Program-made: the position numbers and the translations under genes
In this document: piece after piece, positions 39,212-48,472 of the stretch
How the letters are laid out: every line of letters starts with the position of its first letter
Position numbering within the stretch: the stretch's first letter is position 1
Assembly (NCBI GenBank): GCA_038882655.1
Contig: JAVZNT010000002.1
Coordinates: 64,001 to 128,000, forward strand
Source of the DNA: Candidatus Bathyarchaeia archaeon
GTDB lineage: Archaea > Thermoproteota > Bathyarchaeia > Bathyarchaeales > Bathycorpusculaceae
Reading direction: 5' to 3'
DNA length: 64,000 bases
The notes under the pieces: model-generated
Seen by the model: only the letters and a program-made list of their open reading frames with translations
Databases searched by the model: none
What the model was told of the DNA's origin: nothing

Positions 39212-40588
39212 GTGCGCGTTTCAAGACTTGAAAAAAGCATTGGAATTGAGGTTTATGCCACCCGTTCTCCTGGCATTGGAGGCGTGATAAGGCAATTATG
39301 CGAAGATTTTATTGTCGAAGAATTGCTGGTAAACGGCTCAAAAGCGGAAGTTCGCACTTCCAATCTGTCGCTGCCAACCCAAGAAAAGCCTTCAACTAGC
39401 CGTTATTTGCTTTGCATTTTAATTAAGCGAAACTGGGATACCTTCCAAGCTCTTGAGGCTATTGCAGAACAGCTAGGCATAAGCCCACAAAAAATTCATA
39501 TAGCTGGAATTAAAGATGCAAAAGCTGTCACCGCTCAACATATAACGATTAAAGACGTGAAGCGGGAAGACGTTAAAAATGTAAGCATCAAGGACGTAAA
39601 AGTTGTCCCGGCTGGCTACTTCCAAACTAAACTCTCGCCGTACTACTTGCTCGGCAACACGTTCCAAATAGTAATACGCGCTATAAGTCATACAAAACCA
39701 GCTATTCGACAAAGAATAGAAAAAGTTGTGGAAGAAATTGCTGCGTTAGGCGGGGTACCAAACTTTTTTGGGCATCAGCGTTTTGGCACAGTTCGCCCGA
39801 TAACTCACTTGGTTGGAAAAGCCATCGTCAAGGGTGATTTTCGTAAGGCGGCAATGCTTTTTCTCGCCAAATCGTATCCTTTTGAACATCAAGAGTCAAG
39901 AACTGCCCGTGAAGAGCTTTACCGAACGCAAGACTTTAAGAAAGCCTTGAAATCCTTTTCTAGATCTCTATACTATGAGCACTTGATGCTTGAGCATCTA
40001 GTAAAGAAGCCAGACGACTTCCAAGGTGCCTTCAGAAGATTACCCGTAAAACTTCGTATACTTTTCCCCCAAGCGTATCAAGCGTACTTATTTAACAGAT
40101 TTTTAAGCCGAAGAATCACGTTGGGGTTTCCCTTAAACGCTGCGGAAGTCGGAGATCACGTGATTAGAATCGAGACTACTGGATTGCCAAGCCAGATGCT
40201 GCGCGAAATTGCAATTCAAGCGAAACTATCTGAAATAAACAATGCAATAGCCTCCGGAAAGATGCGCTTAGCAATTCCGTTAGTTGGTTTTAGGCAACAC
40301 TTATCAGGAGGCGCCCAAGGCGAAATTGAAAAAAAGATTTTGGAGGAAGAAGGCATAGCCCCCGAGAACTTTAAGATAAAAGGGATGCCGGAACTGAACC
40401 TAAAAGGTGGCTTACGCACAGCCTTAACAACATCAAAAGATTTTAAAGTAGAGGAAATATCCGAAGACTCTGCTAATCCTCAGAAGAACATGGTAAAGAT
40501 AAGCTTTAATTTACACCGCGGATCATATGCTACGGTCTTCTTGAGAGAACTTATGAAACCCCGTAACCCGATTAAGGCAGGATTCTGA
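39212..40588 (+). CDS. truD: tRNA pseudouridine(13) synthase TruD/Pus7
   Basis: EDFIVEE, AGIKDAKAVTAQ, PNFFGHQRFG, GSYAT. Confidence 0.94.
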   Translation: MRVSRLEKSIGIEVYATRSPGIGGVIRQLCEDFIVEELLVNGSKAEVRTSNLSLPTQEKPSTSRYLLCILIKRNWDTFQALEAIAEQLGISPQKIHIAGIKDAKAVTAQHITIKDVKREDVKNVSIKDVKVVPAGYFQTKLSPYYLLGNTFQIVIRAISHTKPAIRQRIEKVVEEIAALGGVPNFFGHQRFGTVRPITHLVGKAIVKGDFRKAAMLFLAKSYPFEHQESRTAREELYRTQDFKKALKSFSRSLYYEHLMLEHLVKKPDDFQGAFRRLPVKLRILFPQAYQAYLFNRFLSRRITLGFPLNAAEVGDHVIRIETTGLPSQMLREIAIQAKLSEINNAIASGKMRLAIPLVGFRQHLSGGAQGEIEKKILEEEGIAPENFKIKGMPELNLKGGLRTALTTSKDFKVEEISEDSANPQKNMVKISFNLHRGSYATVFLRELMKPRNPIKAGF

Positions 40589-40606
40589 GAAGAAGCAATT
40601 AAAAAT

Positions 40607-41779
40607 CTACTTTATAATTCTTTCAGCGTTCTCTAGTATCTCCATCTTTCTGTTCGCTGGCAAGACAACGTTTGCAGCGTATTGATGGCCATCAGCCATT
40701 CCAAAACCCTCAGAGGCTTTTTCTAGAAGGTTAACAGCTCCCGGTAGTTTTCTGCTATCAATTAGTTGTTGCATGGTCTTAGGCACACGAACAGAAGCCT
40801 TTACAAACTTTTCCTTGAGTTTTCCCCACTTCGGTATTTCAGGCGGCACGTTGACAAAGCCCAGTATATACTTGTTGGGCTTTATTAGCCGTGCTTGATA
40901 AGATAGGAAAGAGCAGAATTGCCCGATAACCTTTGTTCCCATACCGGCATACGTATCTCCAGCGTCAAACCATTGAATGCGCTCCGTTTCCTTAAGCCGC
41001 TCACGATATAGCATTCCCAACAGCTTGCGATTAGCCTCTTTCCGCCTCCTTTCTAAAACATTAATTTTCTTCTCTATTTCCGGGTCTATCCCTTCTATGC
41101 AAGCTCTTATACCCAAATCAGGGCCGTCTTCATAATAGCCAGCAGCACCCAAAATTTGAAGTTTCGAAAATAAATTGTCCACGTTAACCTTTAACTGTGT
41201 GATTTCAAAATTCTTCCCCTTCTTTTGAACTATCCCAGCTTTTAGGGACTCCTCCAAAACAATTCTGTTAATTGCCTTGAAACCTTCTGGGATTTCGCAA
41301 CTTCCTACAAGAGCCAAGTACCCTAAATCAGAATTGTCTCTACTTAAAGCCTTTACAAAAAGGTAACAGCAAGTAGCCCCAGAAAAGTCTGTCTCACCCC
41401 TAAAACCAAAATTTTCTAGGTTCAAATCCAAAACTTTTGGGTCCTTGGATACTTTGGGGTCGTGATGGTCTAGTATTATGGTCAAGTTTCGCCCCTTGTT
41501 AAATTCGGATATGAGATCTGCGTGCGAAGAGCCTATATCCACATAAAAAATTGTTTGTCCAGTCTTTAAATGTACATCTTCAATTACTTCCGCGTAGACT
41601 TTCTCTAGACAGAAAATCTTTGTCTTTATTCCTTCTCGCTCCAGAGCTTTTTGGGTTATTGCCGCTGAACATAAGCCATCTGCATCATCGTGGTGGACAA
41701 TGATAGCTTCTTTCGGCGCTTCTTTCCTTAAAATTGAGATCACGTTTGTAGCGTACCGTTCAAAATCTTGCAACGACAT
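40607..41779 (-). CDS. DHH-family phosphoesterase (RecJ/GAN-like)
   Basis: HHDDADG, VDIGS, ILDHH, DGHQYAA. Confidence 0.85.
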   Translation of the reverse strand: MSLQDFERYATNVISILRKEAPKEAIIVHHDDADGLCSAAITQKALEREGIKTKIFCLEKVYAEVIEDVHLKTGQTIFYVDIGSSHADLISEFNKGRNLTIILDHHDPKVSKDPKVLDLNLENFGFRGETDFSGATCCYLFVKALSRDNSDLGYLALVGSCEIPEGFKAINRIVLEESLKAGIVQKKGKNFEITQLKVNVDNLFSKLQILGAAGYYEDGPDLGIRACIEGIDPEIEKKINVLERRRKEANRKLLGMLYRERLKETERIQWFDAGDTYAGMGTKVIGQFCSFLSYQARLIKPNKYILGFVNVPPEIPKWGKLKEKFVKASVRVPKTMQQLIDSRKLPGAVNLLEKASEGFGMADGHQYAANVVLPANRKMEILENAERIIK

Positions 41780-41789
41780 TTTTAAGCCT

Positions 41790-42323
41790 CTAAGCAATAG
41801 TTTTCAAAAGATCTGAACGAGTTATTATTCCAATAACTTTTTTGCCTCTTGCCACTAAAACCCCTTGTCGACGCTCAAGCAGTGGGCGTACAGCGTTGAT
41901 GCTTGCTTCTTCTGATACTACTGGCAGTGGCGGATCCATGATATTTCTAACCTTCTCATTTGCTATATTTGAACCAAGTTTTCTAATTATGCTTTCTTCC
42001 GTTATTGTCCCAACAACTTTATGTCCATCAATGACTGGCATTTGGGATATGGCATGCCTAACCATTATTTCGCTAACCTTCAACACATTATCTTCTGGTC
42101 GTGCGAAAAGCACACCTCTCGTCATTAATTCTCTACACTTTACTTCTTTCCCCTCAGTTAAGACTTTCAAAATCTTATTAACCGTTGACAGTCTAGGGTC
42201 AACTTTCCCTTGTTCTATTTTCGCAATATGCGCTTGTGAAACCCCTACAAGTTCTGCCAGGTTCTTCTGGGTTAGCTTAGCTTCTATCCGCAGTTTTCTA
42301 AGCATGGAGCCTGTTATTATCAA
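41790..42323 (-). CDS. XRE-HTH plus CBS-pair transcription regulator
   Basis: LTQKNLAELVGVSQAHIAKIEQG; CBS GIITRSD. Confidence 0.9.
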   Translation of the reverse strand: MIITGSMLRKLRIEAKLTQKNLAELVGVSQAHIAKIEQGKVDPRLSTVNKILKVLTEGKEVKCRELMTRGVLFARPEDNVLKVSEIMVRHAISQMPVIDGHKVVGTITEESIIRKLGSNIANEKVRNIMDPPLPVVSEEASINAVRPLLERRQGVLVARGKKVIGIITRSDLLKTIA

Positions 42324-42324
42324 T

Positions 42325-42341
42325 AATAACCACCAGTTATT
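42325..42341. promoter_or_regulatory. Palindrome AATAAC-N5-GTTATT between HTH-CBS gene and mat
   Basis: Perfect 6-bp arms abutting the regulator start codon. Confidence 0.45.
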
Positions 42342-42426
42342 CTAAATGCAAAGTTAATACAGCAAAATATATATTTTTGTTTCACACATAAAACCGAAAC
42401 TTCACGTGTGTTAATGGAGGATTGGC

Positions 42427-43635
42427 TTGCGAAACATAATAGTTGAAAGGTTAAGACAGACCCCCCTTGAAAAGCAAAGACTGGAAATAGTGGAAAGGAA
42501 GGGTTTAGGTCATCCGGACTACATTTGCGACGCTGTTATGGAGCAAATATCCCTACGTTTAAGCAAGGAATACTTGGAGAAAGCTGGCACAATACTCCAC
42601 CATAACGTGGATAAATCCCTACTTGTAGCTGGGCAGTCTGAGCTCAAATTTGGAGGAGGCATCATAAAGCAGCCAATGCTCTTCGTTTTCGGCGACAGAG
42701 CCACCGCAGAGTTCGATGGCATAAAAATAAACGTTGAAGAAATAGCCATAAACGTTGCGAAGGAATGGTTCAAGAGAAACATGCGCTTTGTAGATCCGGA
42801 AAAGCACGTAAAATATCAAGTGGAACTTAAACCAGGTTCAGCAGGATTAGTAGACATTTTCAAGCGCAAGGGTAAAGTTTTGGGGGCTAACGACACATCC
42901 GCCGCCGTTGGTTATGCGCCAATGACAAGAACTGAGAAAATAGTGCTAAAAACAGAAAGGTTCTTGAACTCAAAGGAGTTTAAGCAACGCCACCCAGAGT
43001 CTGGCGAAGACATAAAGGTTATGGGTTCACGGAACAATAATAATCTAAACTTAACGGTATCAATGGCTTTTGTGGATCACTTCATAAGCAGCGAAGAGGA
43101 CTATTTCGAGAAAAAGGCGAAAATCCTTGAGGAAATTAATAGATTTGTTAGAGCAAATACGGATTTCGAAAAAATAAACGTTCAATTAAACACTTTGGAT
43201 GTTCATGGCAGAGGAATCGATGGTGTATACCTAACTGTCTTAGGAACGAGCGCAGACAGCGGAGACTCTGGGCAAGTTGGCAGAGGAAACCGCGTAAACG
43301 GTTTAATATCCTTAAATCGGCCATTCTGTTCAGAAGCGGCTGCTGGCAAAAACCCTGTAAGTCATGTTGGAAAAATATACAATGTTCTAACGTTCAGAGT
43401 GGCGCAACATGTCTACACTGAAGTGCCAGAACTTGAGGAGGTTTACATATGGCTTTTAAGCGAAATTGGTCGCCCAATCGACCAGCCAGCAATTGCCGCA
43501 GCACAAGTTGTAATGGCGGAAAACAGTTCACTTGACAAAGCTAAAAGTAAGATAGAGGCTGTATTAGAATATGAGCTGGAAAACATAGAAAAGTTCTGCA
43601 TGGAGCTGGCCGAAGGGAAAATTTCAATCTGCTAG
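42427..43635 (+). CDS. mat: S-adenosylmethionine synthetase (archaeal type)
   Basis: VERKGLGHPD, ANDTS, GEDIKVMG, GRGNRVNG, AGKNPVSHVGK. Confidence 0.96.
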   Translation: MRNIIVERLRQTPLEKQRLEIVERKGLGHPDYICDAVMEQISLRLSKEYLEKAGTILHHNVDKSLLVAGQSELKFGGGIIKQPMLFVFGDRATAEFDGIKINVEEIAINVAKEWFKRNMRFVDPEKHVKYQVELKPGSAGLVDIFKRKGKVLGANDTSAAVGYAPMTRTEKIVLKTERFLNSKEFKQRHPESGEDIKVMGSRNNNNLNLTVSMAFVDHFISSEEDYFEKKAKILEEINRFVRANTDFEKINVQLNTLDVHGRGIDGVYLTVLGTSADSGDSGQVGRGNRVNGLISLNRPFCSEAAAGKNPVSHVGKIYNVLTFRVAQHVYTEVPELEEVYIWLLSEIGRPIDQPAIAAAQVVMAENSSLDKAKSKIEAVLEYELENIEKFCMELAEGKISIC

Positions 43636-43726
43636 TCGCAATCAAAATTTTCAGCGCGTACACTTTAATGCTTTAAATGCTTAAATTGCAGTTACTTTAA
43701 ACGTAAAGAGTGAGAGGGTAAACATC

Positions 43727-43987
43727 TTGACAGAAACTAGTGAAAAGTTGCCCATTTCCAATTTTTATAAGGTAATCGATTATATTACAATTTTTAAGAG
43801 TGAAAAATGGTGGGAAGCCATAGTAATTTTTGAATCCTTTGGAAAGTGCTCTATTGGAATGTATCTTTGGCAAAAGAAAGATGGCGTTTGGAAAAGGAAG
43901 CATAAGTTCAATGTGAGAAACATGGAGGAGTGGAATAGGCTTAAGGATGCCATAGAGAAGCTTGCGCCTAAATTATTACAAAGGTAA
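43727..43987 (+). CDS. Hypothetical small basic beta-rich protein
   Basis: TTG start after GAGGG; Trp/Lys-rich natural sequence. Confidence 0.7.
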   Translation: MTETSEKLPISNFYKVIDYITIFKSEKWWEAIVIFESFGKCSIGMYLWQKKDGVWKRKHKFNVRNMEEWNRLKDAIEKLAPKLLQR

Positions 43988-44076
43988 ACCTAATTCTGAA
44001 TTCTTATTCTAAATACGAATCCAAAATTGAATAATTTTATTAATTCACACATCCAAATCTCAAAGAGGCGATTAGC

Positions 44077-44451
44077 ATGGAAGTTGAAGAGACACAAGAA
44101 GAAATCCAGTTTAGCGCAGGTTCAGATGAACAGGGACTTGAACAAACGACACAAGAACAAGTGTTAGAACAGAAGGAACTCGAACAAAAAGAGCATGGAA
44201 GACAGCCGGAAGTAAACGATCAGAATGATAAAAGCAGCTTTATACACGGGCTTTCCGTAGGCTTAGGGTTGGGTTGTATCTCAACTTTCATTATAATGTG
44301 GGTTGTGGTCTTCTTCACCCCACAAATGCCGCCGACATTAACCTATGAATCCATGCTTTCAATGTTCATCTATCCAATGCTATACCTGTTGGCAGTGGGG
44401 CTTGTTGCATTAACAGCTGGCATAGTAAGAGAATATTATGTCAGAAAATAG
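44077..44451 (+). CDS. Hypothetical membrane protein (acidic N-terminus, 2 TM)
   Basis: GAGG RBS, two hydrophobic helices. Confidence 0.75.
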   Translation: MEVEETQEEIQFSAGSDEQGLEQTTQEQVLEQKELEQKEHGRQPEVNDQNDKSSFIHGLSVGLGLGCISTFIIMWVVVFFTPQMPPTLTYESMLSMFIYPMLYLLAVGLVALTAGIVREYYVRK

Positions 44452-44542
44452 CGACGGTTTTAACTCTTTACTTTATGTTTCGATTCATCCACATTAAAAA
44501 CAATTTTATAGCCTTGAAACACCTAAATTTAATTGTGAAGGT

Positions 44543-45172
44543 ATGCCGAGCGAAATTAAGAAACTTTTAGAGAAAATTGTTGGCGAAAGAGCATCAGGAC
44601 CAGCATCTACGTTTTCTGTTTTACATGTGTTACGTGCAATAGAGCTTATTTCTGAAAAACCAGTTGGACGGGGCAAACTTGCCGAAGAGTTAAGGGTTGG
44701 CGGAGGCGCTGTACGCACAATCATAAATCGATTAAAGAAAACTGGAATTATTTCGACATCCAAAGCAGGTTGTCAACTAACCGTCAAAGGACTGAAACTT
44801 TTCGAAGAATATAAGAAAATATTTGGAAAACGAGCTAAAATAGAGAAAGCTAAACTTATGTCTACACCCTTCAACTCTGCCATATTAGCTAAAAACTGCG
44901 GAGATAAGGTTAAATTGGGCATAGAACAGCGAGACGCTGCAGTTAGAGCAGGCGCAAAAGGCGCCACTACAATAATTTTCAAGAATGGACTATTAATTAT
45001 TCCATCAGTTTGTGATGACCTTTCAAGGGATTATCCAAAAATTGCCGAAGAGTTGATTGCACTTCTACAACCTGAGGAAAACGATGTTATTGTAGTTGCT
45101 GGTGCCGACAGCTCAGAGCTGGCAGAGTATGGAGCTACGGCTGCAGTATGGACCTTTTTTGACGATTGTTAG
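44543..45172 (+). CDS. Winged-helix protein with DUF4443-like domain
   Basis: GRGKLAEEL.VGGGAVRTI; GIEQRDAAVRAGA.GA. Confidence 0.78.
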   Translation: MPSEIKKLLEKIVGERASGPASTFSVLHVLRAIELISEKPVGRGKLAEELRVGGGAVRTIINRLKKTGIISTSKAGCQLTVKGLKLFEEYKKIFGKRAKIEKAKLMSTPFNSAILAKNCGDKVKLGIEQRDAAVRAGAKGATTIIFKNGLLIIPSVCDDLSRDYPKIAEELIALLQPEENDVIVVAGADSSELAEYGATAAVWTFFDDC

Positions 45173-45930
45173 TATGTGTACTTATCTCCACATGCAAGTA
45201 TACGCTCCAAAGCCATGTTGAAGTTGATAATGCCTTCATTTGTCTTCGCCGAGACCGGGAGGAGGAGGAACTTTAAGCCAAGCTGGTAAATCGCCTTCAT
45301 CATGTTTCTGCTTAAGAGACGCTTTGTTCCCTCAAGTTTTTGTTCTATGGCCACCTCCAAGGCTTTCGGATTCGCCGACCAATCTACAATTTTGTTAACG
45401 TTATTCTCTGGAAGCAAGTCGCATTTTGAAAGCACGTGCAGTTGAGGTAATAGAAAACGGTTGTAAACAGCCGCGGAAAGAAACAGATTTGAAACGTAAT
45501 TCAGCGGGTCTAGCGAAAATACAGCATCAAAGAGGTAGACTATGACCTTTGGCTCCTTTGTAAGCTCGCCGGCTATATAAGGTCCGCTTGCCCTAAACGC
45601 AAACAACTCCATCTGTCCTGGAGTGTCAACTAAAACAATGTCTGATTTCAAATCCTCCACATTCCTTGAAATGTTTTCAATTTCATCTGCAAGAAGATCT
45701 GCAGCCATAATTAAAGCACCATTGGGTCCCAAACCATACTCTTCCATGATCTTGTCCACGCTTATATAGTCGCGGGCGTCCACATCAGGCGAGTAAGGTA
45801 GTGTTAGGGCTCCGGGGTCTAAATTTACTATCGCAACATCTTGCTTTGACAACCTTAACCATTCGCTAAAGGCTGCTGTGAATAGAGACTTTCCAGAGCC
45901 GGCTGTTCCAATGATAAACACAATAAACAT
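45169..45930 (-). CDS. GPN-loop GTPase
   Basis: GTAGSGKS, NLDPG, LGPNGA, DTPGQME. Confidence 0.94.
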   Translation of the reverse strand: MFIVFIIGTAGSGKSLFTAAFSEWLRLSKQDVAIVNLDPGALTLPYSPDVDARDYISVDKIMEEYGLGPNGALIMAADLLADEIENISRNVEDLKSDIVLVDTPGQMELFAFRASGPYIAGELTKEPKVIVYLFDAVFSLDPLNYVSNLFLSAAVYNRFLLPQLHVLSKCDLLPENNVNKIVDWSANPKALEVAIEQKLEGTKRLLSRNMMKAIYQLGLKFLLLPVSAKTNEGIINFNMALERILACGDKYTY

Positions 45931-45995
45931 TTTAGTTCACTTATATATGTTGATTTTACTTAATAACTCATATTTAGTGGTAAAAACTTTTTCCG

Positions 45996-47132
45996 TTACG
46001 GTTGGATTTCTGGAAGTTTCGATTCCGCTGTTTCCTGATATCTTTGTCTTGACATTATAAATATAATAATGCCTACACAAACCAAAACTATAACGATTAT
46101 TAGAAGCGCAATAAAGTAGATTGGTAAAACTGTCACAGTTATTATTGAGCTGTCTGCTCCGCCGTAATCACTGTTTCCAGACCAGCTTGCACGAACATAA
46201 CATGCGCCTGCCTCATTAAAGCTGATGGTGCATACAAATTGGCCATTGGAATCCGTGGTTGTTATATTCGCTATAGTCCATGCAGAGTTGCCCATTTTGA
46301 TGTAAATGATTATTTTTTCGCTTGATGAGTTTGGCATAAGTTGCCCAGAAAGTGTTATTGTGCTTCCTTGCATAATGAAAGTTGATGAAATAGCTAAGGA
46401 TACTGTTGAAGATGCCAATGTCGTGTAACTCGCAGCTACCTGCCCTGACCACTGCTCGCAATTTTCAAGCGCGACCACCATGGGATTCTCTCCAATTAAG
46501 TCCGACGGGCATTCTCCAACTCTCCATCCTGTCCTCCAATTTCCGCCAGTGCATTCTGCAATGTAGTACCTAACGCTATTGTATTCTACATAATAGGCTT
46601 GCGCCCTCACGTAGCTTGGTGAATTTGGAAGACTAACACCAACATTCATGTGCGTCTTATCTTCATAGTATAGGAGAGCAACGTCAAGACCTCCAGCCTT
46701 CATTATTGAAGCCGCCACATAGCTAAGTAGGTCGCAATCGCCTTTGTTCTCAACGATCGTCTCCACCGGATATTTGGCGGGCACCGCTACTTCGTAAGGT
46801 ATCTGGTGAACTATCATTAGAACCCCATTTGCAAAATTTTCATAGTTACCTTGATATATTTCCCAAAGTTTTTCCGCTATTGGTTCTAGCGCGTATGGTA
46901 TAACAAATTTTGGGAAATCTGCTTCTGAAACTTGCTTATGGTTCTGCTCAACGTAATACTCGTAAAGTGACTGTGTGATAACAACATTCAACTTGTATTG
47001 TTTTGCGCCGTCTGGACTGTCTAAAAGATTGTAAGCGCGGGTGTAATTTTCCGAAAAGCATAGCGGAAACATGTAAGAAAACGTGAAAAGAACAAGAAGC
47101 GCTATTAAAGTTTCGGAAAGTTTTCGCTTCAT
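45996..47132 (-). CDS. Membrane-anchored exported protein with transglutaminase-like and Ig-like domains
   Basis: Signal peptide; YPVET..GDCD, HMNVGV, YIAECT; beta-rich domain; C-terminal TM. Confidence 0.75.
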   Translation of the reverse strand: MKRKLSETLIALLVLFTFSYMFPLCFSENYTRAYNLLDSPDGAKQYKLNVVITQSLYEYYVEQNHKQVSEADFPKFVIPYALEPIAEKLWEIYQGNYENFANGVLMIVHQIPYEVAVPAKYPVETIVENKGDCDLLSYVAASIMKAGGLDVALLYYEDKTHMNVGVSLPNSPSYVRAQAYYVEYNSVRYYIAECTGGNWRTGWRVGECPSDLIGENPMVVALENCEQWSGQVAASYTTLASSTVSLAISSTFIMQGSTITLSGQLMPNSSSEKIIIYIKMGNSAWTIANITTTDSNGQFVCTISFNEAGACYVRASWSGNSDYGGADSSIITVTVLPIYFIALLIIVIVLVCVGIIIFIMSRQRYQETAESKLPEIQP

Positions 47133-47200
47133 CTTACCGAGAATTGTTATTGGAGGTGATTTATGGCTTTTATGAACCCGCAATCAATAAGGCAGATATA

Positions 47201-47281
47201 TGGTTGCTTTGGAGAACCCGGATTTTCAATCATCTACAAGTGCATATGCATCAGCGTCTAGCCTGCCCATCATCGCAACCA
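47201..47281 (-). ncRNA. Box C/D-like guide RNA candidate (degenerate D box)
   Basis: 7-bp terminal stem TGGTTGC/GCAACCA; C ATGATGG; D' CTGA; C' ATGATTG; D' guide complementary to a tRNA D-arm sequence. Confidence 0.55.
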
Positions 47282-47294
47282 ATAAGCTATTGTT

Positions 47295-48110
47295 TTATTC
47301 CTTAAGTTTAACTTTTCCGCCTTTTTCCTTTATTAGTTCTGAAAGCTGAATTATGGTTTTTCCAATGCGGTCCTTCGCGGTTTTGGAGTCCTTAGCCGTT
47401 GTTGATAAATGAATTTCTATGTGGGGTTTCTTCTCGGCGCCTCTTGGATGGGATTTTATGTAAACGTATGGGTTATCATGCATTGCAATATCTATTAGTG
47501 GGGCTAGGGCCGACTCCATCATGCCATCTGCATATATGCTTGCTTCGAAAAACGCCACGTTTCCAGCTTCTTTCCTAAGCAGTTTGACTACATGTTCATC
47601 AAAAATGGCTTCCATCTCAGATGGAACGCCGGGCAAGGCAATCAAATCGGTGCCGCCTATCCTTACTAAGACCCCAGGGGCTGTGCCAACGGGGTTGAAC
47701 AGCGGCTCCGCTTTTTCTGGAAGTTTTGCCATTTTAACTCTATGAGGTGTCATCTCAACAGCGCTTATTTTCCCAGCCTTAGCATATTCCTCATACTTCC
47801 TTCTAACCATTTCTAGAGCCTTTTCGTTAAGCTCCAACTTGCAGTTCATGGCCTTTGCTATCCCCTCTAATGTTTTATCATCAAAGGTTGGCCCCAACCC
47901 GCCTGTTGTAATTATAAAACGAGGGATGCGCCCCAGTGCCTCGCGAACAGCACAAGCAATTTCGCCAACATCATCACCAACAACCGTTATCCTTTTAACG
48001 GCTATCCCTAAAGATGTTGCACGTTTAGCAAGCCATTGAGCGTTCGTGTTTAAAGTTTTTCCGATCAATAGCTCGTTGCCAACGCAAATGATTTCCATCC
48101 GTACATCCAT
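47295..48110 (-). CDS. CinA N-terminal / MoCF_biosynth domain protein
   Basis: VGNELLIG...NTN, TGGLGPTFDD.T, GTAPG, LPGVPSEM. Confidence 0.88.
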   Translation of the reverse strand: MDVRMEIICVGNELLIGKTLNTNAQWLAKRATSLGIAVKRITVVGDDVGEIACAVREALGRIPRFIITTGGLGPTFDDKTLEGIAKAMNCKLELNEKALEMVRRKYEEYAKAGKISAVEMTPHRVKMAKLPEKAEPLFNPVGTAPGVLVRIGGTDLIALPGVPSEMEAIFDEHVVKLLRKEAGNVAFFEASIYADGMMESALAPLIDIAMHDNPYVYIKSHPRGAEKKPHIEIHLSTTAKDSKTAKDRIGKTIIQLSELIKEKGGKVKLKE

Positions 48111-48197
48111 ATTTGCACCCTAACACGCATAATTTAGGAATAAGTTATATTCTTTTATGCTGTTTGCTAACAAGTATTAAAACTAAGGCTCTGCTAT

Positions 48198-48416
48198 CTA
48201 TTTCTTTTTGCTACTTAGCCACCATTTCAAGTATTCTTTTCTTCGCCTTTCCTTTTCATCCTCTTCGCTCTCAACTGGAGGCTTCAGTTTTTCCCTAAGC
48301 TCTATGAGTTCCTGTTGTGTTACTGAAAGCCCACAGCTTCGGCAGACATAGTGTTTGGTGGCTATTATGTAGCGCATTTCACCGCCGCATTCCGGGCAAT
48401 ATGGCATTTCAACCAC
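48198..48416 (-). CDS. Small Zn-ribbon protein
   Basis: CPECGG...CRSCG; EYLKWWL tail. Confidence 0.78.
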   Translation of the reverse strand: MVEMPYCPECGGEMRYIIATKHYVCRSCGLSVTQQELIELREKLKPPVESEEDEKERRRKEYLKWWLSSKKK

Positions 48417-48472
48417 TTTCTGCCTTTAAGAAGGGATGGGCTTCAAGAAATAGCTTTCGATTAAAGTGCAAC

